Both the position numbers and the translations under genes were made by a program. A stretch of 64,000 bases of DNA from Mustelus asterias (taxonomy: Eukaryota). The notes beneath the pieces are model-generated. The model was not told the DNA's origin, did no database searches, and worked only from the letters and a program-made list of their open reading frames with translations. Where the stretch lies: the NCBI RefSeq assembly GCF_964213995.1, contig NC_135825.1:11904001-11968000 (forward strand), written 5' to 3'. Of this stretch, positions 38,452-50,798 are shown one piece after another. How positions within the stretch are numbered: position 1 is the stretch's first letter; each line of letters begins with the position of its first letter.

Positions 38452-38763
38452 CGTTAGATATTTGTAGGTTTACGTTATACATTGGATCGAGAACGGATGT
38501 TTCAATTCCACAGCTGTACCATCCTGCATCTCCTGAGCGAAGATCCTTCATAGTGACAACAAATACTCCACGTGACTTGTTATCTGTGATTGATATTCTT
38601 CCATTTTGCTGATTTGTTGTTGCTACAACATCACATTGGCGAGTCGAGCCGCGACACCAATATTTCACGTGTGACCAGTACCACACACCATAGTGACAAT
38701 TGATTGTGATCGCTCTCCCCACAATTCCTCTCGCTTCCTTTTTTGCCCACAATGCACCTGAAA
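38452..38763 (-). CDS. Gene B Ig domain 1 (CD300/pIgR-like V)
   Basis: Same splice sites as 2917-3228; 312 nt, phase 1-1; four-cysteine V domain. Confidence 0.92.
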
Positions 38764-39880
38764 CTGAGGAGACAACATTTCAGGAATTGAACAGGGAATA
38801 ATTGCTTCATTCAAACACAGACATTCTAATGAGTTAAATTCCATGCAGCTTGTGATGAAAATAAACATTAATATAGACATTTATCACAGTCTCATGGTGT
38901 CCCAAAGCATTTCTCTCAAGGATTTATTATTTTAAATATTTGTTGTATTTTCCTGACCCACTGACAGGGGCTGGGGGAGCAGGGATGGGGGGCGGGGGGG
39001 CCTGGAAATTGGGATTCTGCCTCACATCGTGGGCCTTCACTCCAGAGTGTGATTGTGAGACATCATCAAGAGGTTTCAGACCCAGAAACAAACCTAATTG
39101 ACGGGTCCAACTTGCAGTTAGTTGGGGAGCAGCCCGGAGGACATGACAGGAGCAAAGAGGTCCTTGATCTGACCTGTGAGGTGGTGTAGGCAGTAGGGAT
39201 GGGATGTGACTCACACATTAAATCCTGGCAGGAGGGGGGTTTTCAGATCTTGGGTGGGTTTGGGATTTCAGGAGGTGAAGATTGCCGACCTCGGTGATGG
39301 TGCATGGGATTGGTGGCCTTGGAGGATGGCCGGAAGCCTTTGGTAGCAATTTACATGTCTGCCGAGGAGGAGGTTCTGATGACTCAGGGGAATTGTTTGT
39401 TTAATATTTATTTATTAGTGTCACAAGTGGGCTTACATTAACACGGCAATGAAGTTTCTGTGAAAATCCCCCAGTTGCCACACTCCGGCACGTGTTCGGG
39501 TACACTGGGGGAGAATTTAGCATGGCCAATGCACCTAACCAGCACGTCTTTCAGAATGTGGGAGGAAACTGAAGCACCCGGAGGAAACCCACGCAGACAC
39601 GGGGAGAATGTGCAGACTCTGCTCAGACAGTGATCCAAGCCGGGAATCGAACCCGGGTCCCTGGCGCTGTGAGTCAGCAGTGCTAATCGCCGTGCCACCG
39701 TGCTGCCCTTGGAGGCCTGCATTGGGCCACCGCTGATCTGGGGGGGTAATGAAACCACTTGGAAGGGTGGCAGTGGAATGAAGGGAGTGTGGATAGTTTG
39801 AAAGCAGGTTCTGTTGGGGCTGATGCAGATTTCATGGGGAGATCGGGTGCCAAATTGCAATGAAATCATTGCAAATTGCA

Positions 39881-41589
39881 ATCATTAAGGAAGAAATAGC
39901 AGGACACCTGGAAAAGAATGGTTCAATCAAGCAGACGCAGCATGGATTCATGAAGGGAAAGTCATGTTTGACTAATTTACTGTAATTTTTTGGGGATATA
40001 ATGAGTGCGGTTGACAGAGGGGAACCGCTGGATGTGGTGTATTTAGATTTCCAGAAGGCATTCGATAAGGTGCCTCACACAAGGTTGCTGCATAAGATAA
40101 AGGTACACAGAGTTGGGGGTAAAGTGTTAGCATGGATTGGGAATTGGCTATCCAACAGAAAGCAGAGAGTCGGAATAACTGGGTGCTTTTCCGGTTGGCA
40201 ATCAGTGATTAGTGACGTGCCACAGGGATCGGTGCTGGGACCTCAACTATTTACCATATACTTAGACGATCTGGAGGAGGGGATCGAGTGTAGGGTAACA
40301 AAGTTTGCGGATGACACAAAGATGAGTGGGAAAGCAAATTGCGTGGAGGACACAGAGAGACTGCAGAGAGATTTGGATAGGCTAAGTGAGTGGGCAAGGA
40401 TCTGGCAGATGGAGTATGACGTTGATAAGTGTGAGGTTATCCACGTTGGAAGGAATAATAGTAAAATGGACTATTACTTAAACGGTGAAAAATTACAACA
40501 TGCTACTGTGCAGAGGGACCTGGGGGTCCTTGTGCATGAATCACAAAAACTCAGTTTGCAGGTGCAGCAGGTAATCAAGAAGGCAAATGGAATGTTGGCC
40601 TTTATCGCGAAGGGGATGGAGTATAAAAGCAGGGAGGTCATGCTGCAACTGTACAGGGTACTGGTGAGGCCGCACCTAGAGAACTGTGTACAATTTTGGT
40701 CCCCTTATTTAAGAAAGGATATATTAGCTTTGGAGGGGGTACAGAGAAGGTTCACCAGGTTGATTCCGGAGATGAGGGGGTTAGCTTATGAGGAGAGATT
40801 GAGTAGACTGGGCCTGTACTCATTGGAGTTTAGAAGGTTGAGGGGAGATCTTACAGAGACATATAAGATAATGAAGTGGCTAGACAGGGTAGAAGCAGCG
40901 AGGTTATTTCCACTTACAATGGAAACAAGAACTAGGGGGCATAGCCTCAAAATACGGGGGAGTCAGTTTAGAAGAGAGTTGAGGAGGAACTTCTTCTCCC
41001 AGAGGGCAGTGAATCTTTGGAATTCTCTGCCCAATGAAGCAGTAGAGGCTACCTCATTAAATGTGTTTAAGTCACAGATAGATAGATTTTTAACCATTAA
41101 GGGAATTAAGGGTTATGGGGAGCGGGCGGGTAAATGGAACTGAACCCACTATCAGATCAGCCATGATCTTATTGAATGGCGGAGCAGGCTTGAGGGGCTA
41201 GATCATAGAAATCATAGAAACCCTACAGTGCAGAAGGAGGCCATTCGGCCCATCGAGTCTGCACCGACCACAATCCCACCCAGGCCCCACCCACTAATCC
41301 CTTTTTTTTTTAACCCGCTAATCCCTCTAACCTACGCATCCCAGGACTCTAAGGGGCAATTTTTAACCTGGCCAATCAACCTAACCCGCACATCTTTGGA
41401 CTGTGGGAGGAAACCGGAGCACCCGGAGGAAACCCACGCAGACACGAGGAGAATGTGCAAACTCCACACATACCGTGACCCGAGCCGGGAATCGAACCCG
41501 GGACCCTGGAGCTATGAAGCAGCAGTGCTAACCACTGTGCTACCGTGCCGCCATGGCCTATTCCTGCTCCTATTTCTTATGTTCTTATG
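39881..41589 (+). mobile_element. 5'-truncated CR1 LINE (RT ORF 40001-41143) with a SINE in its 3' UTR
   Basis: YLDFQKAFD, VPQGS, FADD; tail ttcttatgttcttatg. Confidence 0.95.
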
Positions 41590-44033
41590 AATGAGGTGGT
41601 GAATGGTTCCGCAGCAAGTGGGAGTTGGGCAGGTAACCATCACGACACTTTCTGCCCTCCCGGGTGGGTGTAAACCTCCCCATGGTGGTATTGTGAAGAG
41701 GAGCAGGTGAATTCTCCAGTGTGTCTTCACCAATATTTATCCTGCTGAAAAAAGAGATTATTCAGTCATTATTATGTTGCTGTTTGAAGGAAAAGATGTT
41801 TTTTTTCTCTCCATTACAACAACGACGCTATGGAAATGCAATTCTTTCTTTCAAACAGAACAACAACTTAATTCAGAGAGTCTTCTCCAATTCAATCAGC
41901 GAAATGTACACAGTCGAGTGAATTTTCAACCTCTTGTCCTTGTTCTCTGCGGCCTGTTCTGAAGGAGGATTTGCAAAGGGAAGGTTCAGGCAACCAAGAA
42001 CATAGAAAGGCAGAGAGCTGAGAAGATTCAGAAACTTGGAGACTGATCACTGAGCAGAACCTGGAGGGGAATAAACACAGAATCATTCCCAGTGTCATGT
42101 GGTGGTCAGGATAAGAATAGTGAGAAAACAAAAGAAATAAGTTTTCAGGCAAGATATGAAAAGTGTCCAAGTTCCTGACGTATTGGTCCGAGGTATGGAA
42201 ATAGCGCAGCCTGAGGAATGTGTGGACTTGACCTGAAGAGATATTAGACCAATGGTCTTTGTGGCTGGGTGGCCAATGGCAACAGCAGCAACAGGAATTG
42301 TTCAGAGCTACAATGAAGCATGCTGGGAATTTTGGCCAAGCTGAGTTGAACTTGACCAAGAGAAGGTTGAAGCAAGTTGTGACCTGTCCAGTGAGATGTG
42401 ACCTGACACTTCCTGTGTTGATCAAATAAGGATGGTGGTTTGGACGGGTGCAAGACAGACCAGAGTCGCTGATAACTGCCTTATAACATATATGATGAGG
42501 CAATGTGACTTACATACAACTTGGTATAGACATTTGGGAGTTGTTTATGAGTAACATCATTGGCTTTCATTGAACACTGTGATTAGTTCCCAGTGGTCTA
42601 ATTGGTTACATGCCAGAGTGCTTTCTGGAAGGATGTGTCAAGTTTAAGATAAAAAGAGGAACATTGAGTCTTTTCCTTCGTGGAAACTCGAGAATCACAT
42701 TCACGATGTGGACCCTGAAGGTCAGCTTCAGAGAAGGACAACGAAGTTCAGAAGAACAAAGAACCTCGAGGAAGATCCATACCCAAGGACGGACCTGGCC
42801 AGTTCATTCAAGTGGGTAGTATTTGTTTCCAGTCAAAGCTTGAAGTCCAATGAGTTAAAGTTAAGTTTGAAGTAAAATGAATTGAATTGACAAAGTTAAA
42901 GTACTTGTTGCAACTAATGTATATTTATGTTGAGTATTTATACCTGAAATGTTAAATAAAGAAGGAGTTTGTTTAAGTGAAACCGTAGTCAATCTGTCTT
43001 TTGTTAGTCACACAGGGTAAAATATCTTAAAGTAGATAAAAGTTTATTTATTACTCACAAGTAGGCTTACGTTAACACTACAATGAAGTTACTGTGATTT
43101 TCATGTTGGCATTAAGCGAGCAGAGCTGGTGATAACCACTGTTGCTGCGGCAAGGCCAACCCAGGCTGGAGGCCACACCAGAACAATGGTGGGGGAGGGG
43201 CGGGGAGTGGGGGGCGCGATAGTCAGGGTCAACACTCTGCCACTGGAGGGTCCAGTCAGAGAAGTGGAGGAGATTGCTTCCCTTTATCAACAACTATGGG
43301 ATTCGAATCGGAGACCATGACTGCGCCCAGCCTCTCCTGTGTGGGTGTGTGATGCCAAGTGGGATGGTGCAGGGAGACCCCTGGTGGAAGCTGGGGTGGG
43401 AGGCCACCCTATCAAATGCCTTTGAGAAACAGGGAGTTCCTGCACTCCCTTAAACACATCCAGAGATATTGGTTTTTCCTGGTGGAAGCAAGGGACAATT
43501 ACTTTGAGTGGGTTTACAGGACATTTCCAAGAAAGATTTGAAATGGAATCGATTGAATTTAATTTGGGGATGCAGTTTATTATCACCCGGCTATTTTAGT
43601 ACGTCTTCCCCGAATGGCAGAGCACATTTTGGGTTCCAATTCTATTAGCAGATGTAATCTGTCTTTTGACCTGTCGCATTGTTGTATCTGGTCGATGGCT
43701 GATGTGAATGAAAAGCCAATACAGATATCCACAGGGACTTATGCAGACAGGGTTTGTAGAGTTGGGGAATTTTGGTTTAAACCTGCCGATATGTCTGATG
43801 ATGGAACAAAACAAGAGATAATTGCTGAACATGCAGCTGCATTTGCGATGTGTAAGCGTGACTGTGGTCGAATGAGAGGAGAAATAATCGTGGAGGGCTC
43901 TGAGCCAAAACCTCAAAGGCAGTGCGGCTTCCCTTAAACAAGCTGGAGGTGAGATTACAAAAGTAATCACGAGTCTGCTACAACAGGGAGCTTTCCGACC
44001 TGTAGCTTCCACAAACAATTCACCAATTTGGCC

Positions 44034-44612
44034 AGCGAATGCAACGGAGCAGATTGGAGGAGGTGCATGTGAAGCGCTGCTTCACCGGAAAGGGGTGTTT
44101 AGGACCTGGGACAGTGAGCGGGGAGGAGGTAAAGGGGCAGGTGTTGCACCTTCTATGATTGCATGGCATGTTGCCGTGGGCAGCGGTGTTGGGTGGGATG
44201 GAGGAGTGGACCAGGGAGTCGCCGGAGTGAGTGGTCCCTGCGGAATGCTGAGGGGGGGCGGGGGTGGTGTGAGGGGAAGATGTGTTGGGTAGTGGCACCA
44301 TGCTGGAAATGGCGGAGGATGGTCCTTTGAATGCGGAGCCTGGTGGGGTGAAAAGTGAGGACGAGGGGGACCCTATCCTGGTTCTGGGAGGGAGGGGAGG
44401 GGGTGAGAGCAGTGGCCCGGGGGATGGGCTGGACATGGTTGAGAGCCCTGTCAACCACAGTGGATGGAAAAACACGATTGAGGAAGAAGGAAGACAAATT
44501 GGCAGCGCTATTTTGGGAAGTGGCATCATCTGAACAGATGTGGCAGAGGTGAAGGAACTGAGAGAATGGGATGGAGTCCTTACAGGATGTGGGGTGTGAA
44601 GAGCTGTAGTCA
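44034..44612 (-). mobile_element. Penelope-like element fragment (RT C-terminus, start of GIY-YIG)
   Basis: DYSSSHP..SIPFSQFL..VPLVLTFHP; CNHRRCNTC. Confidence 0.85.
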
Positions 44613-44618
44613 ACATAG

Positions 44619-45140
44619 AACATAGAACATTACAGCGCAGTACAGGCCCTTCGGCCCTCGATGTTGCGCCAACCAGTGGAACCAATCTAAAGCCCCTCTA
44701 ATCTACACTATTCCAATATCATCCATATGTTTATCCAATAACCATTTAAATGCTCTTAATGTTGACGAGTCCACTGCTGCAGGCAGGGCATTCCACGCCC
44801 TTACTACTCTCTGAGTAAAGAACCTACCTCTAACATCTGTCCTGTATCTCTCACCCCTCAATTTAAAGCTATGTCCCCTCGTGCTAGCTAACACCATCTG
44901 AGGAAAAAAGCTCTCACTATCCACTCTATCTAATCCTCTGATCATCTTGTATGCCTCTATTAAGTCACCTCTTAACCTTCTTCTCTCTAACGAAAACAAC
45001 CTCAAGCCCCTCAGCCTTTCCTCATACGATTTTCCCACCATACCAGGAAACATACCTAGTAAATCTCCTCTGCACACTTTCCAACACTTCCACATCTTTC
45101 CTATAATACAGCGACACTTCCACATCTTTCCTATATAATT
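44619..45140 (-). mobile_element. 5'-truncated CR1 LINE
   Basis: RRRLRGDLIE; (ttctatg)n tail; 8-bp flanking repeat caacatag at 44611 and 45141. Confidence 0.88.
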
Positions 45141-48100
45141 CAACATAGTCTCTCAGTTCCTTTGCCCCATACTCCCATTCAGTTGTTACGATCAGTCCAA
45201 TCTGCATAGCACATTGGACTTTAATGCTTCAGGGTCAAGATATTACAACCAAATGGCCTAAATTGCCCAGTTTCTTAGCTGACAATCTAAATTACAGCGG
45301 TGAGCCTCATGAGTGTCAAATAGTGACAACAACTGATCCCAAGGAACCATTTCTGCCAAAACAAAAGGGGGGAGGATCCGTGAAGCCTGCTTGATCTGGT
45401 ATATATCTGACATACCTGTGCAGAGGACAGACACAAAATGGCCTTTAAATATTCTTGTTTCTGGATCCTCTATTGTGGAGGAATGACAGGATGTGGGATC
45501 TATGTCGAGGTTGACCAAGGAATAGCTCTTGTTGAGTAGGCTGTAAAACTATCAAGTGGGATGAGTGCTCAAGCAACTGAGTTGACTGCTGTGGTTTCTG
45601 TGGTTAGTCACCCTGATAAGTTTCCACGCCAAGCTGATATATATACATTCTGACAGCATGTATGTCTGCAATTGAGGAACTGACTTCCTGCCATTGTGGG
45701 AAGTGAGAGGTTTGGTTTCAGCAGATGGGAAACCTCAACCATCAGCACCTTTGCTGAAATATATTTTTCATATTGCCCAAGGGACCATTAGGGCACATCA
45801 CAGAACCTCTCCCATTGGGAATTCTTGAGCAGATGAATTGGCAAAACAAGGTGCTCGAAAAGGGAGAATCATGGCAGCCTCCAGTGGGTGAACAGATAGT
45901 TAAAGTAAAAAGTTTATTTATTTATTAGTCACAAGCAAGGCTTGCATTAACACAGCAATGAAGGTACTGTGAAATTCCCCCAGTTGCCAAGCTCCGGCGC
46001 CTGTTTGGGTCAATGCACCTAACCCGCACGTCTTTCAGACTGTGGGAGGAAACCGGAGCACTCGGAGGAAGCCCACGCTGACATGGGGAGAACATGCAAG
46101 CTCCACACAGACAGTGACACAAGCTGGGAATCGAACTCGGGTCCCTGGCACTGTTCGGCAGCAGTGCGAACCACTGAGCCACCGTGCCGCCCACGATTGA
46201 TAGATGCTGTTACTGTTTGTCAGGTGAGTATGGAGGCCAGAATTCTCCCATCTCACCCACCACTGGAATTTTAGCGGGCAGGTTGTGGACAATGTGAAAC
46301 CCCATTGACAGACAGGCGGGAATTACTGGCTTTTAGACAAGCATGGCCAGAGAATTCTGCCTGGAAGATCTTAAACAGGTTCAGTATCGTGATGATGATT
46401 CAGAATAGCTGCAGGATGGGGCACGCCCTGCTTCTTATGACAAATGAAAAGATAAGTTTCAACTACAGGATGGGTTTATTCTTAAGAATGGATTGTATGT
46501 GGTACCAACTCAAGATCATAATCAAATCATTTACCAATATCATGATGTTCAGGGTCATCAGGGAGCAGAAACAACTGCTGATTGAATTAAAGGGATGCTG
46601 GTGGCCTAATGTGACTAAAGACATAAAGCATTATGTAAATAATTATTGAGCATGTCTGCAAAATAACCCTGATAGGTGCAGAAGTAAAGGAGAATTGAGG
46701 CTTACTACTTGTGACTAATAAATAAAACTTCATGATATATTCTAGTGAAGAGGCTTTACGTGGTTTTATAACAGATGTGAATTTAAATTGTAGAGTAGAA
46801 ATTAAAAGTCTTGACACAAATATGACAAGGGTAACTCATAAGGCTGGGGGAGAATATTGTGTTACCTCCTCACTGAAGGAATGTCAATCTAGTACATTAA
46901 TATGTAATATGACCAATACTGCTTTTTGCTTTAAACCTCAAATACCAGCTGGAATAGGCTGTATGGAATTCATTGATATATATAAGAGAGAGGATGTTTC
47001 TTTTAATGTTCCAGATGATCTTAAAAGGATGTTGGGCAACTATTTTGAAAAATATGACACTACGATTGAACTTTTACCAGAGAATCTGACAGAAATTAAG
47101 AAACAGTTTGCTAATATCCGTCCAACTTTTAGTAAAGTGGTTCAAAGGACAAAAGAGATTAAAAGGGACCGATCAAAAGAACTAACTGGTGGAACAATTT
47201 ATAGGACTGGCGTATAAATCTGCAGATTCATCCATGGATTTGTCTGTTGTCTCATGTTGCAATGTTAATAACATTGTGTACTTTAATTTATTTAATATTA
47301 TTTATGATTCAGTTTGTCAAATGGAATAGAGAGAAAACCCAACAGTTGAACATGGAATTGATGTTACGTGGGCAAGAATTTAGTTAATTGCAAGGATACA
47401 ATAATGATAATATGTTAATTGTTTAAGACTAACCTGTGGGAAGGAAATTGGTCATAGTTTGTGATCCAATTTGCTTCACATTCCAGGATCAAGAGGAGGG
47501 ATTGTAGCCGGTTGGCCAACAGCAACAACAATGAGAATTGTTAAGAGCTACAATCAAGCATACTGGGAATTTTGGACAAGTTGTGTTGAAACACCGATAA
47601 AGGTCAGAGAAGGCTGAAGCAAGTCGTGACCTGTCCAGTGAGACATCAACTGACACTTGGTGTGTCATTTGGGAGCTGTTTGTGCGTAACTCCATCAAAC
47701 GCTGTGATTAGTTCCCAATGATAGTCATGGTTGAGTTCCAGAGAACATTCTGGGGGGTGTGCAAAGTTTAAAATAAAAAGAGGAACTTTGAGTCATTTCC
47801 TTTGGGAAACTCGAGAAGATGTGACTGAAAGTTTATCAATGCTAGTGAGGAAATGGATCTACTGTAAATGGTGGAGAGTTGATAGTGTTGATCAAAAACT
47901 CCATTGCAGTGTAGTATGAGGTAATGTTAAAATGGGCAGGAGGGAAAAGTGAAATCCAGTTCAATAAAGTTAATGAATTGAAAGAAAAAGAGTGGGAACA
48001 TGAATATGAACCAATTGTCTACTATAGAGGAACATTGTCTCTGACAGAATCTCATGAAATCATTATCATCAACTGTACGTGAAACAACAGAAACAGTTGC

Positions 48101-48873
48101 AAACGAGAGCCATGTTCTGTTTGCAGGATTATTATCACTGCAGTTTTCAGTGTGTATTGCACAACAGATAGTCGGAATTTTACCGTCCCGCCCGCCACGG
48201 GAATCGGAGTGGGCGACGGGCAGACAGTGAGAAGCTCCATTCACCTCGGGTGGGATTTTATAATTTCGGGACAAGTGAGAATGTGAAACCTCCCACCACA
48301 ATTTCAAACAATTACCAATTAAAGGCAGCTTCCATTTTTAAAATGTGGCTTGCCTAGATTTAAAAAAATTAAATTATCCTTAATTTCCCATCCACAATTA
48401 ATCATGCAGTTTACTTTATTTGGTGAATGTATGCATGTTGTGCTAATGCATTCACGAGGAGATACAATACATCATAAATATTATTCATTTATATTTGCTC
48501 AGTATTTTGTGCCATTAGACTTGGGAGACTTCCCAAATCTGGAGATACATGAGGCAGACAAAGCAAATGTGTGTGTCTGTTTCCAATAGCTTGTCCTTCC
48601 TGAACCTGGTCACAAGCCTGAAGTCAGAGACTATAGCATGAGGGACATCACTCCACATCAAGACATTGCTGTCTGAGTATCTCTTACTGTCTGCCTTCAG
48701 CTTGTTGGTGCAATTTGCCACCTGCTTGGCCTTGTTAGAACCCACATTCCATTCCCATCAATAGCAGAAGCAGGACTCGAACCTGGAGCATCAGGCTCAG
48801 ATACAGAGACTCTACCCACTGCAACACAAAACCGCCATTTGTGCCTTTACACATCTCCAAATATTTAAACATC

Positions 48874-49130
48874 TAGAACAAAGAACAAAGAACAATACAG
48901 CACAGGAACAGGCCCTTCGGCCCTCCAAGCCCGTGCCGCTCCCTGGTCCAAACTAGACCATTCTTTTGTATCCCTCCATTCCCACTCCGTTCATATGGCT
49001 ATCTAGATAAGTCTTGAACGTTCCCAGTGTGTCCGCCTCCACCACCTTGCCTGGCAGCGCATTCCAGGCCCCCACCACCCTCTGTGTAAAATATGTCCTT
49101 CTGATATCTGTGTTAAACCTCCCCCCCTTC
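48874..49130 (-). mobile_element. CR1 3' fragment of the same subfamily as the 51-56 kb element
   Basis: Reverse complement of the 55.5-56.07 kb 3' end without the SINE; empty site in gene A at ~10060. Confidence 0.88.
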
Positions 49131-49204
49131 TCTGCCGTATAACCTGTGGACTAGAGTTAAACTAACACTGATTATCTGACTATCCAGCTCTGGCTGTTAC
49201 TCAC

Positions 49205-49241
49205 CAGGCAGAGAGCAAATGAGGAGAATCAAAATCCACAT
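49205..49241 (-). CDS. Gene B leader exon, proximal copy (MWILILLICSLP)
   Basis: 37 nt, G|GTGAGT donor; nearly identical to 10110-10146. Confidence 0.82.
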
Positions 49242-49952
49242 CGTTGCGTTGGAGATCAGATCAGTGCTTGTCGTCAGTCACCCAGCTCCTGTGTCTCACG
49301 CTGAAATAAGTTTTGAATATAAGTTGTAGAAGGAATTTAAAAGGGGAAGAAGACAACAGGAAGTTATGTCATGAAAGCTCAGTAATCCAGATGATGAAAT
49401 CTGGCCCGTAAGATCTTGAACTTCTGTTAGTGTGAGATGGAGAGGGCTGGGAGGAGGCTCAAATGGAGCATAAGACCAGCATCGTGTAGGTGGGCTGAGT
49501 GGCATTTGCCTGCTGTAAATTCTCAGCAAATTCTGTATCATCCAGCTTTGGAAATGTCCAATTATTCATGTTGATATTTATTATCCTTACCAGGTTATCA
49601 TGCGGAGTCTTGTCTCTGCGATGACATAGAATGCCTATTGAGCCTGAAAAATGACAATATAACTTCTGGCTTGGTTACAGATTCCGGAATTTTCCAGCTG
49701 TTCACGTCCTGCCACCGCTGTCAGAGAGGATGGAGAATTTGGCGCTCAGACAAATCTCCATTCACTGCAGCAGGACAGAAGAATCCCGGCTGCAAGCGAG
49801 GTTGAAGAATCTGTCCCAGAGACTCTTCCCACTGTAACACAAAACCTCTTTCTGTGCCTTTATAATATTTAAACGTCTGTGCCGTATAAGCTATAGACTA
49901 GAGTTAAACTAAGACTGATTATCTGACTATCCAGCTCTGGCTATTACTCACC

Positions 49953-50163
49953 TTAAGAAGTTTAACAACGCCAGGTTAAAGTCCAACAGGTTTATTTGGT
50001 AGCAAATGCCACCAGTTTTCGGAGCGCTGCCCCTTCATCAGGAAGGGGCAGCGCTCCGAATGCGAGTGGCATTTGCTACCAAATAAACCTGTTGGACTTT
50101 AACCTGGTGTTGTTAAACTTCTTACTGTGTTTACCCCAGTCCAACGCCAGCATCTCCACATCG
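49953..50163. mobile_element. Inverted-repeat Penelope mini-insertion
   Basis: Two inverted pseudo-LTR arms; 9-bp TSD ttactcacc at 49944-49952 and 50164-50172. Confidence 0.85.
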
Positions 50164-50171
50164 TTACTCAC

Positions 50172-50208
50172 CGGGCAGAGAGCAAATGAGGAGAATCAAA
50201 ATCCACAT
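50172..50208 (-). CDS. Gene B leader exon, distal copy (MWILILLICSLP)
   Basis: 37 nt, intact ATG and G|GTGAGT donor. Confidence 0.7.
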
Positions 50209-50761
50209 TGTTCTGTTGGGGATCAGATCAGTGTTTGTCGTCAGTCACCAAGCTCCTGTGTCTCACAGTAAAATAAGTGTTAAATATAAATTGTATCAGA
50301 AATTTAAATGAGGAAGAAAATAGCAGGAAGTCGGGTCGTGAAACCACAAACAGCCTCTTCACAAAATCTGGCTCCTCAGAACCTGAAGTTTTGTCAGTTA
50401 TATTTAGCAGAAGAATGAAAGTAATTATTGTTGAAAGAATGTAAAATTGTGGAAACAAGGTGTTTGAAAGTCAGAGCCTATGGATAATATTGGCCCAAGC
50501 GAAGCTTTATAATTAATTGTGAGGGGAGTTAGAACATGCCCTCCTCCATTGTTATTAACATCCCATCAACTCCTCAGTGAAACAAATATTTTTTTCCTGA
50601 TGTGAGTTATTTCACTAATGGAACCTGTGCTTAACGCTCCCTCCTCCACTCACATTGTCTGTATCTTTAAGAACTGGTTGGCTGTAGAGATTTGCATTCT
50701 AATCAGTGTTCTGTAACTTGATTTTGTGTCTCTGTGCCCTGTTTGAGAGCAAATTTCCACT

Positions 50762-50798
50762 CCATCTGACGAAGGAGCAGTGCTCCGAAAGCTAATGG
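50762..50798 (+). ncRNA. Minimal type I hammerhead ribozyme within a Penelope pseudo-LTR fragment (~50625-50858)
   Basis: CCAU-CUGACGA-A-GGAGC[AGU]GCUCC-GAAA-GC-UA-AUGG. Confidence 0.78.

Larger units (their letters stand above)
42260..47820 (+). mobile_element. Decayed endogenous retrovirus: 5' LTR (~42260-43103), pol fragments, env fragment, PPT, partial 3' LTR (from 47503)
   Basis: Two related TG-initiated LTRs; PPT aagaggagggat; PR/RT start (HILGSN..AFAMCKRDCG..SLLQQG..NSPIWP, 43600-44033); RNase H (SAQATEL..SDSMYV..SADGKP, ~45560-45740); IN Zn finger (HDVQGHQG..WWP, ~46540-46670); Cys-rich ORF 46732-47217. Confidence 0.8.
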
